Below, one piece after another: positions 16,725 through 26,961 of a DNA stretch of 64,000 nucleotides. The stretch covers positions 1 through 64,000 of the forward strand of contig JAZDNF010000001.1 in the NCBI GenBank assembly GCA_043800255.1. Direction: 5' to 3'. Each line of letters opens with the position of its first letter. The stretch's first letter is position 1. The translations under genes were made by a program, and so were the position numbers. The DNA is from Candidatus Altiarchaeota archaeon. GTDB taxonomy: Archaea > Altiarchaeota > Altiarchaeia > IMC4 > SCGC-AAA252-I15. Below the pieces are notes generated by a model. It ran no database searches and was not told where the DNA came from. It saw only the letters and a list, made by a program, of their open reading frames with translations.

Positions 16725-19025
16725 GGTGGTCTGCTTTCCGAGGCCCTTGAGCTCGTCCTCGCTGTAACCTAAGGCTTCTAGGATGCGTACCACCGCAGGC
16801 AGAACCTGATTGTTTATATAGTAATCTGGGTCATATTCGCCTTCTTCCGTGAGTTCGAGTACTTTGGCCTTGTCTGATATGCTGCCACCACCCTTTGTGA
16901 TAACGTAGGGGATGATGCTGCCCTGCTTGAAGTCAAGGCCCTCCTTCATGGCCTTCTTCGCCGCAATAATATGCGGTCCAGGTTGGACGTATTCTCCGAT
17001 GTTCCTTGTCATCTGCGTGTGGATTGTCAGGTCGTTTAAGTTGACCCTGCCATTCTTTATGTCGTCTAAGGCAGTTCTCACGATGTCAACAGCGTTGTCA
17101 GGGTTTCTGTCCTTTAGAAGCGCGTTCAAGACTCCATCCTGGGTTCTCTTTGCAATCTTAGCCCAGTCCCGCCTCTTGGTCTCCAGGCCTTTAACGATAA
17201 TCTTGTCATTTGAGTCGATAAGCGCGTACCTCTTCTTTGTTATGAACAGCCCTCTAGGGTAGAATCCCTCCATCTCGAGTTCCATAGCCTCAGGGAGCTT
17301 CTCGTTCACCTTCTTCCCAAAGTTTAGTGCCTGTTTGATGAAGGCGTCGATGTCTGTAACGCTGGCTTTTGTTATGAATATGCTGTCGGTGTCGCCGTAT
17401 ATGACTCTGAAGCCTTCCTCGCCAGCCTCCTTGATGGTCTTCTGTATGTAATGCCTGCCCCACGCTGTTATGGACTCAGCGCATGGCCTGCAGTACCACC
17501 TCGCCATCTGGAATCCGTAGTAGCCGTACATTGAATTCGCAAGGAGCTTCAGAGCCTGCTGCTGCACCTCAAGTAATCTGCGCTCCTCGTCTGTTTTCGC
17601 GGCCTTGAGCATCTTCTTAGCATCTATCCTCCTCTTTATGAGGCTGTCCAAGATTTTCGGTATGAACCCCTCCTTCCTCTTGCAGAAGTGGTGGTTGTTT
17701 GGGGATATGTATCCGTCGTCTTTGCAGCATTCGCAGTCCAGTGTGCTCAAGTCAACATTGTGCGAGACTATTATGCTCGGATAAAGCGACCTGAAGTCGA
17801 AGACGATTATGTTGTCATGCAGGCCTTTCTCTGGCTCGACAACATACGCGCCCTCGAACGGGACGTCTTCCTCATCGGATTCGGCGCCGCCCCTCCTGTT
17901 CGGGACCAGCATGTTCTGCTCGTAGGCCTTGACCATCAGCAGAGACTCAACGCGCTGGCCGGAGCCCATCCTCGAGACTTCGAAGACAAGCTGCCTAGTA
18001 ATCCTCGAGAGTTCGAACTGCAGCGGGAGAACGGTCTCGGATATGCTGAGAACAGCTTCGGCGTCGCTGAGCGAGTACTCGAAGAGCGACCTAAGCTCTT
18101 CAACTTCCTTGGAGTCCCAGAATTTCGATATCTCGGAGACTTTGATGTCCTTCTTCTCCTTTCCTGAGACTTTGGCGTAGACGTCCTCCAGCCTGTACCT
18201 TGAGAGATTGAACAGCCTTCTGGATACGGGATACAGGTCTACGTGCGGCCTGCCCTTAACCCTGGCTCCCAGGTTCATGCCCCTCTTCTCGAGTTTCACG
18301 CCGCTGCCGTCAGCTCCGATGTTGATGTCCATCCCCAGCTTCGATGCCCTGTCCTTCAGGTAGGGGAAGTCGAAGTTGTCGGTGTTGTAGCCCAGTATTA
18401 TGTCGACTCCGAACTTGTCAAAAGCCTTTACGAAGGCTTCTATCATCGCCTTCTCGTCCTGGAGGACTTCAACGTAGTCGAGGTCCAGCCCTTTGAGGGT
18501 CCTGTAAGTCCAGACCTTTTTATTCCCGTTGGAGTCAGCGTAGCTTATGCATATCACCTGGTCTTTCTCAGCTCTGGGCTCCCCGCCCTTGGTGTAAACT
18601 TCGATGTCGATGGCTGCGCTGTTCAAGGCAACCTCATCAAGGTTTTCCATTGGAATGAGGCCTGAGTCTATAAGATACCGTCTTGCGAAGGGGATATCAG
18701 CCTCCCTCACCGAGGAGCACCCGGGGAGGCTTCTCACTTTGTCCCTCAATATTGGAACGTCCTTCGGGCTTCTCGTGAAAATCTTCAGGACGTCGACTTC
18801 CTTGCTGATGTCCGTCATCCTCTTCCTCTCGACCTTTATTACCCCTGCAACAGATTTCACCCCCCTCTCAAGTTCATCAATCCCCGAATCTGGCACGGCG
18901 TAAAAATACGGCTCAAACCCTCGAACCTCCTTAACCTTCCGCCCGCCTTCGCCCTTCAGGAACAGCCTTATCACCGGTTTATCATCCGTCAGGATGTAGT
19001 CAACATCCAGGAGCGTTTCAGCCAT
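16710..19025 (-). CDS. polB: Family B DNA polymerase
   Basis: Exo motifs DIEV and YNTDNFDFPY; Pol motifs DFRSLYPSII, KLLANSMYGY, YGDTDS; no intein. Confidence 0.97.
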   Translation of the reverse strand: MAETLLDVDYILTDDKPVIRLFLKGEGGRKVKEVRGFEPYFYAVPDSGIDELERGVKSVAGVIKVERKRMTDISKEVDVLKIFTRSPKDVPILRDKVRSLPGCSSVREADIPFARRYLIDSGLIPMENLDEVALNSAAIDIEVYTKGGEPRAEKDQVICISYADSNGNKKVWTYRTLKGLDLDYVEVLQDEKAMIEAFVKAFDKFGVDIILGYNTDNFDFPYLKDRASKLGMDINIGADGSGVKLEKRGMNLGARVKGRPHVDLYPVSRRLFNLSRYRLEDVYAKVSGKEKKDIKVSEISKFWDSKEVEELRSLFEYSLSDAEAVLSISETVLPLQFELSRITRQLVFEVSRMGSGQRVESLLMVKAYEQNMLVPNRRGGAESDEEDVPFEGAYVVEPEKGLHDNIIVFDFRSLYPSIIVSHNVDLSTLDCECCKDDGYISPNNHHFCKRKEGFIPKILDSLIKRRIDAKKMLKAAKTDEERRLLEVQQQALKLLANSMYGYYGFQMARWYCRPCAESITAWGRHYIQKTIKEAGEEGFRVIYGDTDSIFITKASVTDIDAFIKQALNFGKKVNEKLPEAMELEMEGFYPRGLFITKKRYALIDSNDKIIVKGLETKRRDWAKIAKRTQDGVLNALLKDRNPDNAVDIVRTALDDIKNGRVNLNDLTIHTQMTRNIGEYVQPGPHIIAAKKAMKEGLDFKQGSIIPYVITKGGGSISDKAKVLELTEEGEYDPDYYINNQVLPAVVRILEALGYSEDELKGLGKQTTLGDW

Positions 19026-19069
19026 CCTTATATTATAAGCGGGTCTGACAAAATATTAACTGCCCTAAG

Positions 19070-19945
19070 ATGAGGATAAAATTCAGCAAATACCACGGTT
19101 CTGGCAACGATTTCGTCATAATAGACGAGTCAAAGAAAGCTCTGATACGGGATGAGGAGAAGCCAGCCTTTGTCGAGAGGATATCCGACAGGCACTTCGG
19201 AATAGGCTCAGACGGCGTCATATTCGTCCAAAAGTCCGGGAAGGCTGACCTGAAGTTCCACTTCTTCAACCCAGACGGCAGCATCGCGGAAATGTGCGGC
19301 AACGGCATAAGATGCTTCGCAAAGTACGTGTATGACCGCGGCCTGCTGAAAAAGGAGAAGATGCTCATTGAGACCGCGTCAGGGGTGCTTGAGCCAAAAC
19401 TCGCCGTGCATGACGGCAAAGTAGACCTGGTGACGATCAGGATGGGGAAGCCCAGACTGAATAGGAAAGACATACCTGCAGCAGGAGACCCCGGCTCTAG
19501 GATGGTGCAGGAGCGCATAAAGATAAAAGGGACAGAGTACACTATCACAGCCGTTGGCATGGGCAACCCCCATGCTGTACTCCTGGTCAAAGACGTTGAA
19601 TCGGAGGATGTCATAGAGCACGGGAGGAAAATACGATACTACACAGAATTGTTCCCGAAAGGCGCGAACGTCCACTTCGTCCAAAAAACAGGGGACAACG
19701 AATTCAAGGTCAGAACCTATGAGAGGGGCGTTGAAAATGAGACGCTAGCGTGCGGGACGGGAATATGCGCTTCAGCTGTTGCGGCAGTCCTCACAGGGGA
19801 GGCTGACCTGTTGCATTCCATCACCTTCCACGCCAGAGGCGGCGACCTGCGCGTAGAGCTTGAATCAGAAAAGGGCAGCATCACAAACGTCTACCTAACC
19901 GGGCCTGCCGTGGAAGTATTCAACGGAGAGATAGACTATTTATAA
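19070..19945 (+). CDS. dapF: Diaminopimelate epimerase
   Basis: KYHGSGNDF, EMCGNGIRC, MGNPH, ERGVENETLACGTG. Confidence 0.96.
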   Translation: MRIKFSKYHGSGNDFVIIDESKKALIRDEEKPAFVERISDRHFGIGSDGVIFVQKSGKADLKFHFFNPDGSIAEMCGNGIRCFAKYVYDRGLLKKEKMLIETASGVLEPKLAVHDGKVDLVTIRMGKPRLNRKDIPAAGDPGSRMVQERIKIKGTEYTITAVGMGNPHAVLLVKDVESEDVIEHGRKIRYYTELFPKGANVHFVQKTGDNEFKVRTYERGVENETLACGTGICASAVAAVLTGEADLLHSITFHARGGDLRVELESEKGSITNVYLTGPAVEVFNGEIDYL

Positions 19946-19973
19946 CGTCAAATAAAAAGGATTATCACTGAAA

Positions 19974-22862
19974 ATGAACGGCAGGCAATTCTATTCTATC
20001 CTGTTCACGGTGTCAATATTTCTGATGCTGTATCTTTCGCAGTTCGGCACAGCGGTGCTCGTCCAGATAACAACCGACAAGTCCAGCTACGGGACAGCAG
20101 ACAGCATGGCAACGTTCACTCTGGGCGTGGATTTGGACGTCGGCGAGAGAATTCCAATCGGAAATCTCACATTGTCGATAGTCGGCCCCACGAACGTGAC
20201 CTGCGCTTTCAACCCAGCTGGAACCAACCTGACAGCATGTTCCGGCATCGTGAGCATAACGGCTGTCAACGTTCTTAATTACACGAATGGCAGCAGGTGG
20301 GGTTACGACTACCTGGCAGGAACGAATCACACGTTCACATCAGGCTACGGCTACGCGTACCTGGCAGGCTACGGATGGTCTGATACATGGGGTTCGGAAC
20401 TGTACTATAACATAACCTGGAACATCACCTTAGCTGGGGAGGGCAGCTACAATGCGACCCTCTCAGCCTACGTGGCAGACGGCTCGACATCGCACTCCTA
20501 CGTTTCAAACGTAACAAGCTTCTCAATACTTTCAGGCGCGTTAGCGTCGTTCACAGGGCAGTTCAACGACGCAACAGACGACGCAGACAACGACACAGCA
20601 TACGACCACCTTATCGTGACCGTAGGGGTGAACGTGACAGCAAACGGGACCTATAAGATAACCGGCAGGCTGGACGCCCCAAGGAACGGAGGATACGTGG
20701 ACACCTGGCCGATAGCGTGGGAGGTCAACAACACAGAATTGTACGCCGGCCAGAACAATGTGACGCTCATATTCGAGGGCCAGGACATAAGCAGGAGGCA
20801 GATAAATGGCCCCTACATCCTCAAGTATCTGAGGATTTATGACAGCTCATGGACTCTGCTGGACGTCAGAGACAACTCCTACAATACTTCAGCCTACAAC
20901 TACTCGCAGTTCGAGCAGGAGGCTGGCTCGTTCACAGCCTCATCAGGGTGGGGCGACCGGGGAGTGGACACCAACAGCGACGGAGAGTACGATTACTTGG
21001 AGATAACAGTCGGGGTTAACATAACGAACGCTGGCATTTACAGGATTGAGGGCATAATAACCGAGGCCGGCACCGGACTGGGAGTTTACGCGATAAATAG
21101 GACCAACCTCACTACCGGAGTGAACAACGTGTCGCTGTACTTTGACGGCCTTGAGATAGCAAGCAAGAGTTTGAACGGCCCTTACCTGTTATGGGTTGTG
21201 AGGCTGGTTGACGTGTCAAAGGCCACGTGGCTTACGCTCGACAAGGAGGCTAACTACTATCTGACGAGCGCGTACAATTCCACGCAGTTTTCAACGCCTT
21301 CGGCAAGCTTCACAGGCAATTATTGGGACGCAGGCTCGGACGGGAACAATAACAGTCTCTACGATTATTTGAACATCACGGTCGAGATAAACTCGTCAGG
21401 GAACAGGACATACACTGTGAGAGGCAGGCTGGCTCAATACCCGCTAGGGCATGTGACGTGGGAGAAGGTGAGAGTCAACCTTACGGCAGGACTGAACAAC
21501 GTCACCCTCCAGTGGGACGGCATGCTGTTGAGCAACCTGAACTTCAACGGAAACTACAGCCTGAGGAGGCTGCTACTGGCAGATGTTACGGGCGGTATAT
21601 GGGTCCAGACCGACGACAGGTTCGAGGCGCACATAACCGTAGGATACAATTCAAGCCAGTTCGAGTCCCCGAACGCGACTCTGACAAGCCCCTACTCCGA
21701 CCAGGGAGTCGACACAGACAGCGACGGCAAATACAATTACTTAGGCTTCACCACAGGAGTTAACGTCAGCGCCAACGGCTTATACTTGGTAAGGGCTGAG
21801 CTGGTTGACCCGACGCAGACAGACTACCTCTGGGGGTGGAAGAGGCACATGATGTGGGCCAACAACCTTTCCAACCTGAGCTCAGGGTACAATAATGTGA
21901 CGCTCTACTTTGACGGCCAGAGGATTAGGAGCGGAGGGTGGAACGGAAACTTCCAGATACGGCATCTGATACTGTATGCCGTGTCCGGGAACCTCTCACA
22001 TTACACGGTTGACGAGATAAACCCATTGGACAGGAAATACTACCCCCACACGACAGGCAACTACTCCACGTCGAACTTCGACGCTCCAGCAGCCCAGCTC
22101 ACTGGGACTTACATCGACTATGGAAAAGACTTGGACAGCGACGGCCAGTACGACTATCTTTCAATCGACGTTGGCCTCACGGTGAACGAGCAGAACTATT
22201 ACCTGCTGGAGGGGACTCTTGTGGACATCATCGGAACCTACAAGGAGACTGCTGACAACCGGAGCCTCCTCTACGCCAACACAACCAACGTGACGCTCGA
22301 CTTCGACGGGATGCTGATAAGGAACACTGGCGCCGATTACTTCTACCGGCTTAACACTGTGTTGCTTAAGGTTCTCCCAGGCAACAACCTCAGCAACAGC
22401 ACTCTGCTATACGGTGTCATCAACGCATTCACGACCGCGCACCTCTTCAACGCGAGCCAGTTCGAGACGCCATACGCCAGCCTAGCAGCCAACTCCTCCA
22501 GCTACTCCGACTATGCAGTGGACACGAACGGGAACTCATTATACGACAAGCTCATAGTCAACGCGAGCGTCCAGATCAGGGAGAATGGAGTATACATATT
22601 CGAAGGTCTGTTGAAGACGCCCAACAACGAGCGCACCTTCGGCGCAGTCAATCTGACGACACTGACTGCCGGGAACCGGACGATACCGTTGATGTTCAAC
22701 GGCAGGAAGATACGGGAGGCTGGCATAAACGGCCCGTATACTGTGAACGTTGTAAGGGTCGCGAAACTCAACGTAGGCTCCGGCAGCACGTGGAGGCTGC
22801 TCGACAAGAAATCCGACATCTATGTCACGCAGGCATACAATTACACCCAGTTCGAGACATGA
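19974..22862 (+). CDS. Secreted glycoprotein with a GYGY-rich N-terminal domain and six ~125-aa Ig-like repeats carrying DxDxDG loops
   Basis: Signal peptide; repeats of D.G.D.D.DG.YDYL.I.V.VN...G.Y...G.L...NNVTL.FDG...YN.SQFE; dense NxS/T sequons. Confidence 0.8.
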   Translation: MNGRQFYSILFTVSIFLMLYLSQFGTAVLVQITTDKSSYGTADSMATFTLGVDLDVGERIPIGNLTLSIVGPTNVTCAFNPAGTNLTACSGIVSITAVNVLNYTNGSRWGYDYLAGTNHTFTSGYGYAYLAGYGWSDTWGSELYYNITWNITLAGEGSYNATLSAYVADGSTSHSYVSNVTSFSILSGALASFTGQFNDATDDADNDTAYDHLIVTVGVNVTANGTYKITGRLDAPRNGGYVDTWPIAWEVNNTELYAGQNNVTLIFEGQDISRRQINGPYILKYLRIYDSSWTLLDVRDNSYNTSAYNYSQFEQEAGSFTASSGWGDRGVDTNSDGEYDYLEITVGVNITNAGIYRIEGIITEAGTGLGVYAINRTNLTTGVNNVSLYFDGLEIASKSLNGPYLLWVVRLVDVSKATWLTLDKEANYYLTSAYNSTQFSTPSASFTGNYWDAGSDGNNNSLYDYLNITVEINSSGNRTYTVRGRLAQYPLGHVTWEKVRVNLTAGLNNVTLQWDGMLLSNLNFNGNYSLRRLLLADVTGGIWVQTDDRFEAHITVGYNSSQFESPNATLTSPYSDQGVDTDSDGKYNYLGFTTGVNVSANGLYLVRAELVDPTQTDYLWGWKRHMMWANNLSNLSSGYNNVTLYFDGQRIRSGGWNGNFQIRHLILYAVSGNLSHYTVDEINPLDRKYYPHTTGNYSTSNFDAPAAQLTGTYIDYGKDLDSDGQYDYLSIDVGLTVNEQNYYLLEGTLVDIIGTYKETADNRSLLYANTTNVTLDFDGMLIRNTGADYFYRLNTVLLKVLPGNNLSNSTLLYGVINAFTTAHLFNASQFETPYASLAANSSSYSDYAVDTNGNSLYDKLIVNASVQIRENGVYIFEGLLKTPNNERTFGAVNLTTLTAGNRTIPLMFNGRKIREAGINGPYTVNVVRVAKLNVGSGSTWRLLDKKSDIYVTQAYNYTQFET
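20544..22859 (+). repeat. Six diverged intragenic tandem domain repeats (~385 bp each)
   Basis: Repeat heads ASFTGQFND, GSFTASSGWGD, ASFTGNYWD, ATLTSPYSD, AQLTGTYID, ASLAANSSSYSD. Confidence 0.85.
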
Positions 22863-23629
22863 AAGCAAGAATCAACAACAATGTGGAGGCTTGGAGGGTC
22901 CTGGTCGCAGTTGCAACCCTAATCCTTGTAGCGTCAGCGTCGATAGGTTACGTACAAAACACCTCCAAAAAGAGAGTAGTCTTCCTGCCTGCATCAAGCG
23001 GCGTCCTGGACCACATGGTCATAACTCCTGGAGAAGCGGAAGCTGTTGAGGTCCTGGCAGGGACGGCGCAGGATTTCAATGCCACAGGATTCGACAGCGA
23101 AGGCGGGCTGGTTACTGTAAGTCCTGTATGGAGCATAGTCGGGAGCAGCGAATTAGGTTCAATAGACAACGAGACCGGCCTGTTCGCAGGCCTGACAGCC
23201 GGGAGCGTAAGCATAATGGCGTTAAGCAACAACATATCAGCATCCGCGACAGTGAATGTCATATCCAACAATCCCTCAAACATAAGCGTGACAGCAACGC
23301 CCTCCGAGATAAACGCTGACGGCAATTCAACCGCTCAGATATTCGCGCTGCTGCTTGACGCGGACGAGAACCCGGTCGCAAACCACACTCTGGAATACAC
23401 CATGCTTTCAGGCTCAGGCAACATTACTATTATTGACAGCCTGACCAACTCGTCAGGTTACTCGGTTGCGGAGTATACTGCGGCGACATCAGCAGGGAAC
23501 GTGATAATAGAGGTTGAGGACACGACGATGCCAGGCCTGACGGGGAACGTCACAGTCCAGCTGTCAGGAGGCTACGAGATATCCCTAGTCTCAGGATGGA
23601 ATCTGATGTCACTGCCAGTGGCCTCATAG
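22859..23629 (+). CDS. Secreted bacterial Ig-like (invasin/intimin Big-type) domain protein
   Basis: ATGA overlap with the previous stop; hydrophobic leader; PSEINADGNSTAQI...LDADENPV; ends LVSGWNLMSLPVAS. Confidence 0.75.
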   Translation: MKARINNNVEAWRVLVAVATLILVASASIGYVQNTSKKRVVFLPASSGVLDHMVITPGEAEAVEVLAGTAQDFNATGFDSEGGLVTVSPVWSIVGSSELGSIDNETGLFAGLTAGSVSIMALSNNISASATVNVISNNPSNISVTATPSEINADGNSTAQIFALLLDADENPVANHTLEYTMLSGSGNITIIDSLTNSSGYSVAEYTAATSAGNVIIEVEDTTMPGLTGNVTVQLSGGYEISLVSGWNLMSLPVAS

Positions 23630-23630
23630 C

Positions 23631-24149
23631 CTATTCTATGTTGACGACGCCGCCTGACTCGAAGAGGGCGTTCAATGTGGCTGTTTCAACCGCGTTCAGG
23701 TACTTGTCAACGGTTGATTCCTTCTTAAGCTGGATGGTGTATAATGAGTCCGTTATCCCGGCTTTGCTGAGGATGTCCTCGACTCTAGCGGTTATCTTCT
23801 TTTCTCCCTCTTTGCTCATGCTGTAGGGCGTTAGGAAGGCCAGGCATCTGATGCCCTCGTCCAGGGCGGTTGGTATGAGAACGACCCTTATCATCGTCTC
23901 ATCGTCGTCTCCCATTCCAGAATTGCACAGGCTCATCCCGTATTTCTTCCACTCCAGTATGCCTATGTTGTCGACTCCCAGCCTGGACAGGGACTTCTTT
24001 ATGTCATCCAGCTTCTCGCTCTTAACCTGCAAGGTTATGTCCCTCCCGATGAGCGAGAACTGCAATACTCCCTCGTGGCCCAGGCTCTTGAACAATTTTT
24101 CAATGTTGCCTGAGTACGAGCCGGAGAGCGCGACCTTGTGAGACTTCAT
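23631..24149 (-). CDS. Hypothetical protein
   Basis: 172-aa ORF with host-like codon use filling the gap; no motif recognised. Confidence 0.7.
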   Translation of the reverse strand: MKSHKVALSGSYSGNIEKLFKSLGHEGVLQFSLIGRDITLQVKSEKLDDIKKSLSRLGVDNIGILEWKKYGMSLCNSGMGDDDETMIRVVLIPTALDEGIRCLAFLTPYSMSKEGEKKITARVEDILSKAGITDSLYTIQLKKESTVDKYLNAVETATLNALFESGGVVNIE

Positions 24150-24209
24150 CTTCAATTACGGTAAATACCATAACAGTCCAATGTATTAAATCCAATCATC
24201 AGTCTGAGC

Positions 24210-24788
24210 ATGATATACTACAGGAATTTGAAGTTTGAGACAAGCCCAGATGTGTACGAGCCTGCTGAGGACTCCCACCTGATGGCTGAATCCCTGAGGG
24301 TGGACGATGGTGAGAGGGTTCTGGACATGGGCACCGGCGTCGGCATAGTTGCATTAATTGCATCATCAAATGCATCAGAGGTGGTTGGCGTTGACATAAA
24401 TCCGAAGGCTGTTGAAATCGCGCGGGAGAACGCGAAATTGAACGGGACGGGGAATGCCAGCTTCAAAGTCAGCGACCTGTTCTCCACCGTTGTCGGAAGA
24501 TTCAATGTGATAGCATTCAACCCGCCTTATCTTCCGGTCGCTGATGAGGGAATGGTTGAGCGCGCCTGGTCCGGCGGAAAAGGAGGTGTTGAGATTATCA
24601 AACGTTTTCTCCTGTCATGCGGGAGCCATCTTAAACCTGAAGGCCGCGTCTACCTTCTGGTCTCAACTTTGAACGATTCAGAAGAGGTTGGAAGGCTGGT
24701 CTCAGGGGCAGGGTTCACGTCGAAGGTTGCTGGGGAGAGGAAGGTGCCGTTCGAGACTCTCACTGTGTTAGAGCTCACAACAGTTTAA
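24210..24788 (+). CDS. HemK2/PrmC-like N5-glutamine methyltransferase
   Basis: VYEPAEDS, VLDMGTGVG, FNPPYLP, WSGGKGG. Confidence 0.92.
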   Translation: MIYYRNLKFETSPDVYEPAEDSHLMAESLRVDDGERVLDMGTGVGIVALIASSNASEVVGVDINPKAVEIARENAKLNGTGNASFKVSDLFSTVVGRFNVIAFNPPYLPVADEGMVERAWSGGKGGVEIIKRFLLSCGSHLKPEGRVYLLVSTLNDSEEVGRLVSGAGFTSKVAGERKVPFETLTVLELTTV

Positions 24789-24866
24789 TCCTCCTGAGGA
24801 ACCGAGAGGGTTCACGACTTGTTCCAGCTTCCTAGTTAACCAGGTTGGCGTCCGCAAGCGTTCCCT

Positions 24867-26126
24867 TCATGCTATGAAGTTTATCGCAAGGTAGGCTGCG
24901 GTTATCAGAATGAAGACTGGGATCCAAACGAGCCTGCTCCAGTTTCTGATGTCCTTCCCATCAAGATGCTCGAACGGCAGTATCTCAGCCATCGCCCACA
25001 GGCTGGAAGTCGAATAGACCATCTGGTACACTACTTTGGGGTCTTTGGTGTTAAGCCATGCGAAGGCGATGGCGATTGCTATGGAAAGGATGGGGGCTGC
25101 CAGCTTAACCAGCGCGTACTTCCACCTGCTGATACTTTCATCGGCTTTCTCCAACAGGAATCCTTGGACGCCGAAGGCGTTGCCGAGGTAGCCTGTGAAC
25201 AGAGTCACAGCCGAACCCAGAGTCCAGAAGTGGTATTCTATATGCACTCCCATCAGCTTCCCCAGTATCCTGTGGCTTATCTCATGGGAGAGTGCCGCGA
25301 ACAGCGCGACTCCTGAATTCAAGGCCAGCATCGGTATGAAATCCTTCCCAGGGCCTATGAAAGTCCACGTTACCGATAGGCCGAGCACGAGGGACGCTCC
25401 CACTATGGAAGCAATCTCGTAGATTTTTTTGGAATGCAGTTTCCTGTCGCGCCTGCCGAAGGAGAGCGCCTTGAACTCTAGCACGGTCTTCAGAACTCCC
25501 GTAAGCGCAAGCAGGATTCCGCCGATGGCGGACGCTGCGACAGGTATGTAAGGTTCAGGTATGTAGCCTCTCAGGGGGGAGTACCTGACTGCTTCCCTCT
25601 CCAGCCTGTTCGGCGGGATATAATGCCCGATGTACATCAGAGTGGTGCCGTCCTCAGCCTGCCCTGTTCCAATCTCAAGAATCCCGCTTAACGCTCTGGT
25701 CTTGTTTTTGAAGATTCCCTGCTCATCCAGTTCGCCCGCAATCTTGTTGTGCGCCGGCCCGCCTACCAGTATTATCAAATCCGCCTTTAGCACTTCAGCC
25801 AGAGGCGTCTCATCTGAGACGTAGGTTGTGCTGACACCTTCGAACGAGATGTTATACTCTGTTGTTATGTTCGCCTGCAGGCTCTGATTTTTCAACGAGC
25901 TCAGGATGGTGTAGTCGACGGCGTCCAGCAGTGAGCCTTCCACCACTGTTGCGTTGAGGGACAGGCTGATGTCGGAAATCGTGTCAAACGGCACCTCCAG
26001 CTGGAGCTGTTGTACGATCTCCCCAAGCTTTATCTCATCAAGCGTGAAACCAGAACCTGTTGAGGCGAGTGCAACTATTGCGATAAGAGAAAAAAGAGCT
26101 TTTACATAGCTCGCATCCTGCCCCAT
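24867..26126 (-). CDS. M50 (site-2) metalloprotease-like membrane protein with N-terminal S-layer-like extracellular domain
   Basis: Signal peptide; LIILVGGPAHN; HEISH (HExxH) within a TM; LPFEHLDG; start reassigned to ATG 26126. Confidence 0.7.
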   Translation of the reverse strand: MGQDASYVKALFSLIAIVALASTGSGFTLDEIKLGEIVQQLQLEVPFDTISDISLSLNATVVEGSLLDAVDYTILSSLKNQSLQANITTEYNISFEGVSTTYVSDETPLAEVLKADLIILVGGPAHNKIAGELDEQGIFKNKTRALSGILEIGTGQAEDGTTLMYIGHYIPPNRLEREAVRYSPLRGYIPEPYIPVAASAIGGILLALTGVLKTVLEFKALSFGRRDRKLHSKKIYEIASIVGASLVLGLSVTWTFIGPGKDFIPMLALNSGVALFAALSHEISHRILGKLMGVHIEYHFWTLGSAVTLFTGYLGNAFGVQGFLLEKADESISRWKYALVKLAAPILSIAIAIAFAWLNTKDPKVVYQMVYSTSSLWAMAEILPFEHLDGKDIRNWSRLVWIPVFILITAAYLAINFIA

Positions 26127-26127
26127 T

Positions 26128-26910
26128 TTATCCTCCAAGCTCCCTGCTCCTCTTGGCCGCAGCCTTGACAGCCTTCTTGAAGGACTCCGCAGCCTTTCCA
26201 GATTCAAGGACCTTAAGGCCCTCTATCGTAGTGCCCCCTGGTGAGCAGACCATGTCGATAAGCTCTTGGGGTCTTTTGCCTGTCTTCAGAACCATCTCTC
26301 CGGCGCCTTTTGCTGTCTGCGCTGCCAACTTTAATGCTACATCCTCCTTGAGGCCTTCCTCAACTCCGGCCTCTGCCAGAGCCTTGATGATAAGGTAAAC
26401 GTAGGCTGGGCCGCTTCCAGACAATCCTGTGACTGCGTCCATCATGCTCTCCTCCACTTCCATCGCGATTCCCAAAGAGGATAGGAACTGTTCTACTGTT
26501 TCAGCGTCGTCGTCTGTTGCCTTCTTTCCCCTGCAGTAGGCTGCCGCTCCAGCTTCGACAATCGCTGGAGTGTTTGGCATGACCCTGATGACCCTAGCGT
26601 CCACCGTCTTTTCAATCTGCGATGTTTTTATCCCGGCAGCTATGGAAACCAGCAGCTTGCCTTTAGCATCCTTTTTAATCTCTTCCAGGACCTTTTTGAC
26701 TTTGTCAGGCTTCACAGCAAGGAAGATTATGTCCGACTCCCTGGCGACTTCAGCGTTCGACGTTGAGGTTCTCACAGACCCTAACGTCCTCAGTCTGTCC
26801 TCGTCCTCGTCTGAAGCATATATGCCGTCCCCTCCGGCAATGCCTGCCCTCATAAAGCCCTTAATCAAGGCCGAGCCCATCCTCCCGGCCCCGATGACTC
26901 CGACTTTCAT
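26128..26910 (-). CDS. proC: Pyrroline-5-carboxylate reductase
   Basis: IGAGRMG, LAVKP, RVMPNTP, SGSGPAY, SPGGTT. Confidence 0.97.
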   Translation of the reverse strand: MKVGVIGAGRMGSALIKGFMRAGIAGGDGIYASDEDEDRLRTLGSVRTSTSNAEVARESDIIFLAVKPDKVKKVLEEIKKDAKGKLLVSIAAGIKTSQIEKTVDARVIRVMPNTPAIVEAGAAAYCRGKKATDDDAETVEQFLSSLGIAMEVEESMMDAVTGLSGSGPAYVYLIIKALAEAGVEEGLKEDVALKLAAQTAKGAGEMVLKTGKRPQELIDMVCSPGGTTIEGLKVLESGKAAESFKKAVKAAAKRSRELGG

Positions 26911-26961
26911 ATCCAGGTTTTAACCGAAACAAAAGATGCCCTTTTTTATAAACATAGGGTA

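Noticed and set aside
16710-19025. Inteins or inactivation in PolB (also checked for Rpo and Top6 subunits)
   Set aside because: Normal lengths and contiguous catalytic motifs.
24789-24866. GC-rich convergent intergenic region with CTGAGGA, small hairpins (GAACC/GGTTC, CCTAGTTAACCAGG) and GNRA-like loops; considered as hammerhead ribozyme, tRNA or SECIS
   Set aside because: No GAAA after the would-be stem II, no cloverleaf with a correctly placed T-arm, and no selenoprotein nearby; stems are short enough to be chance.
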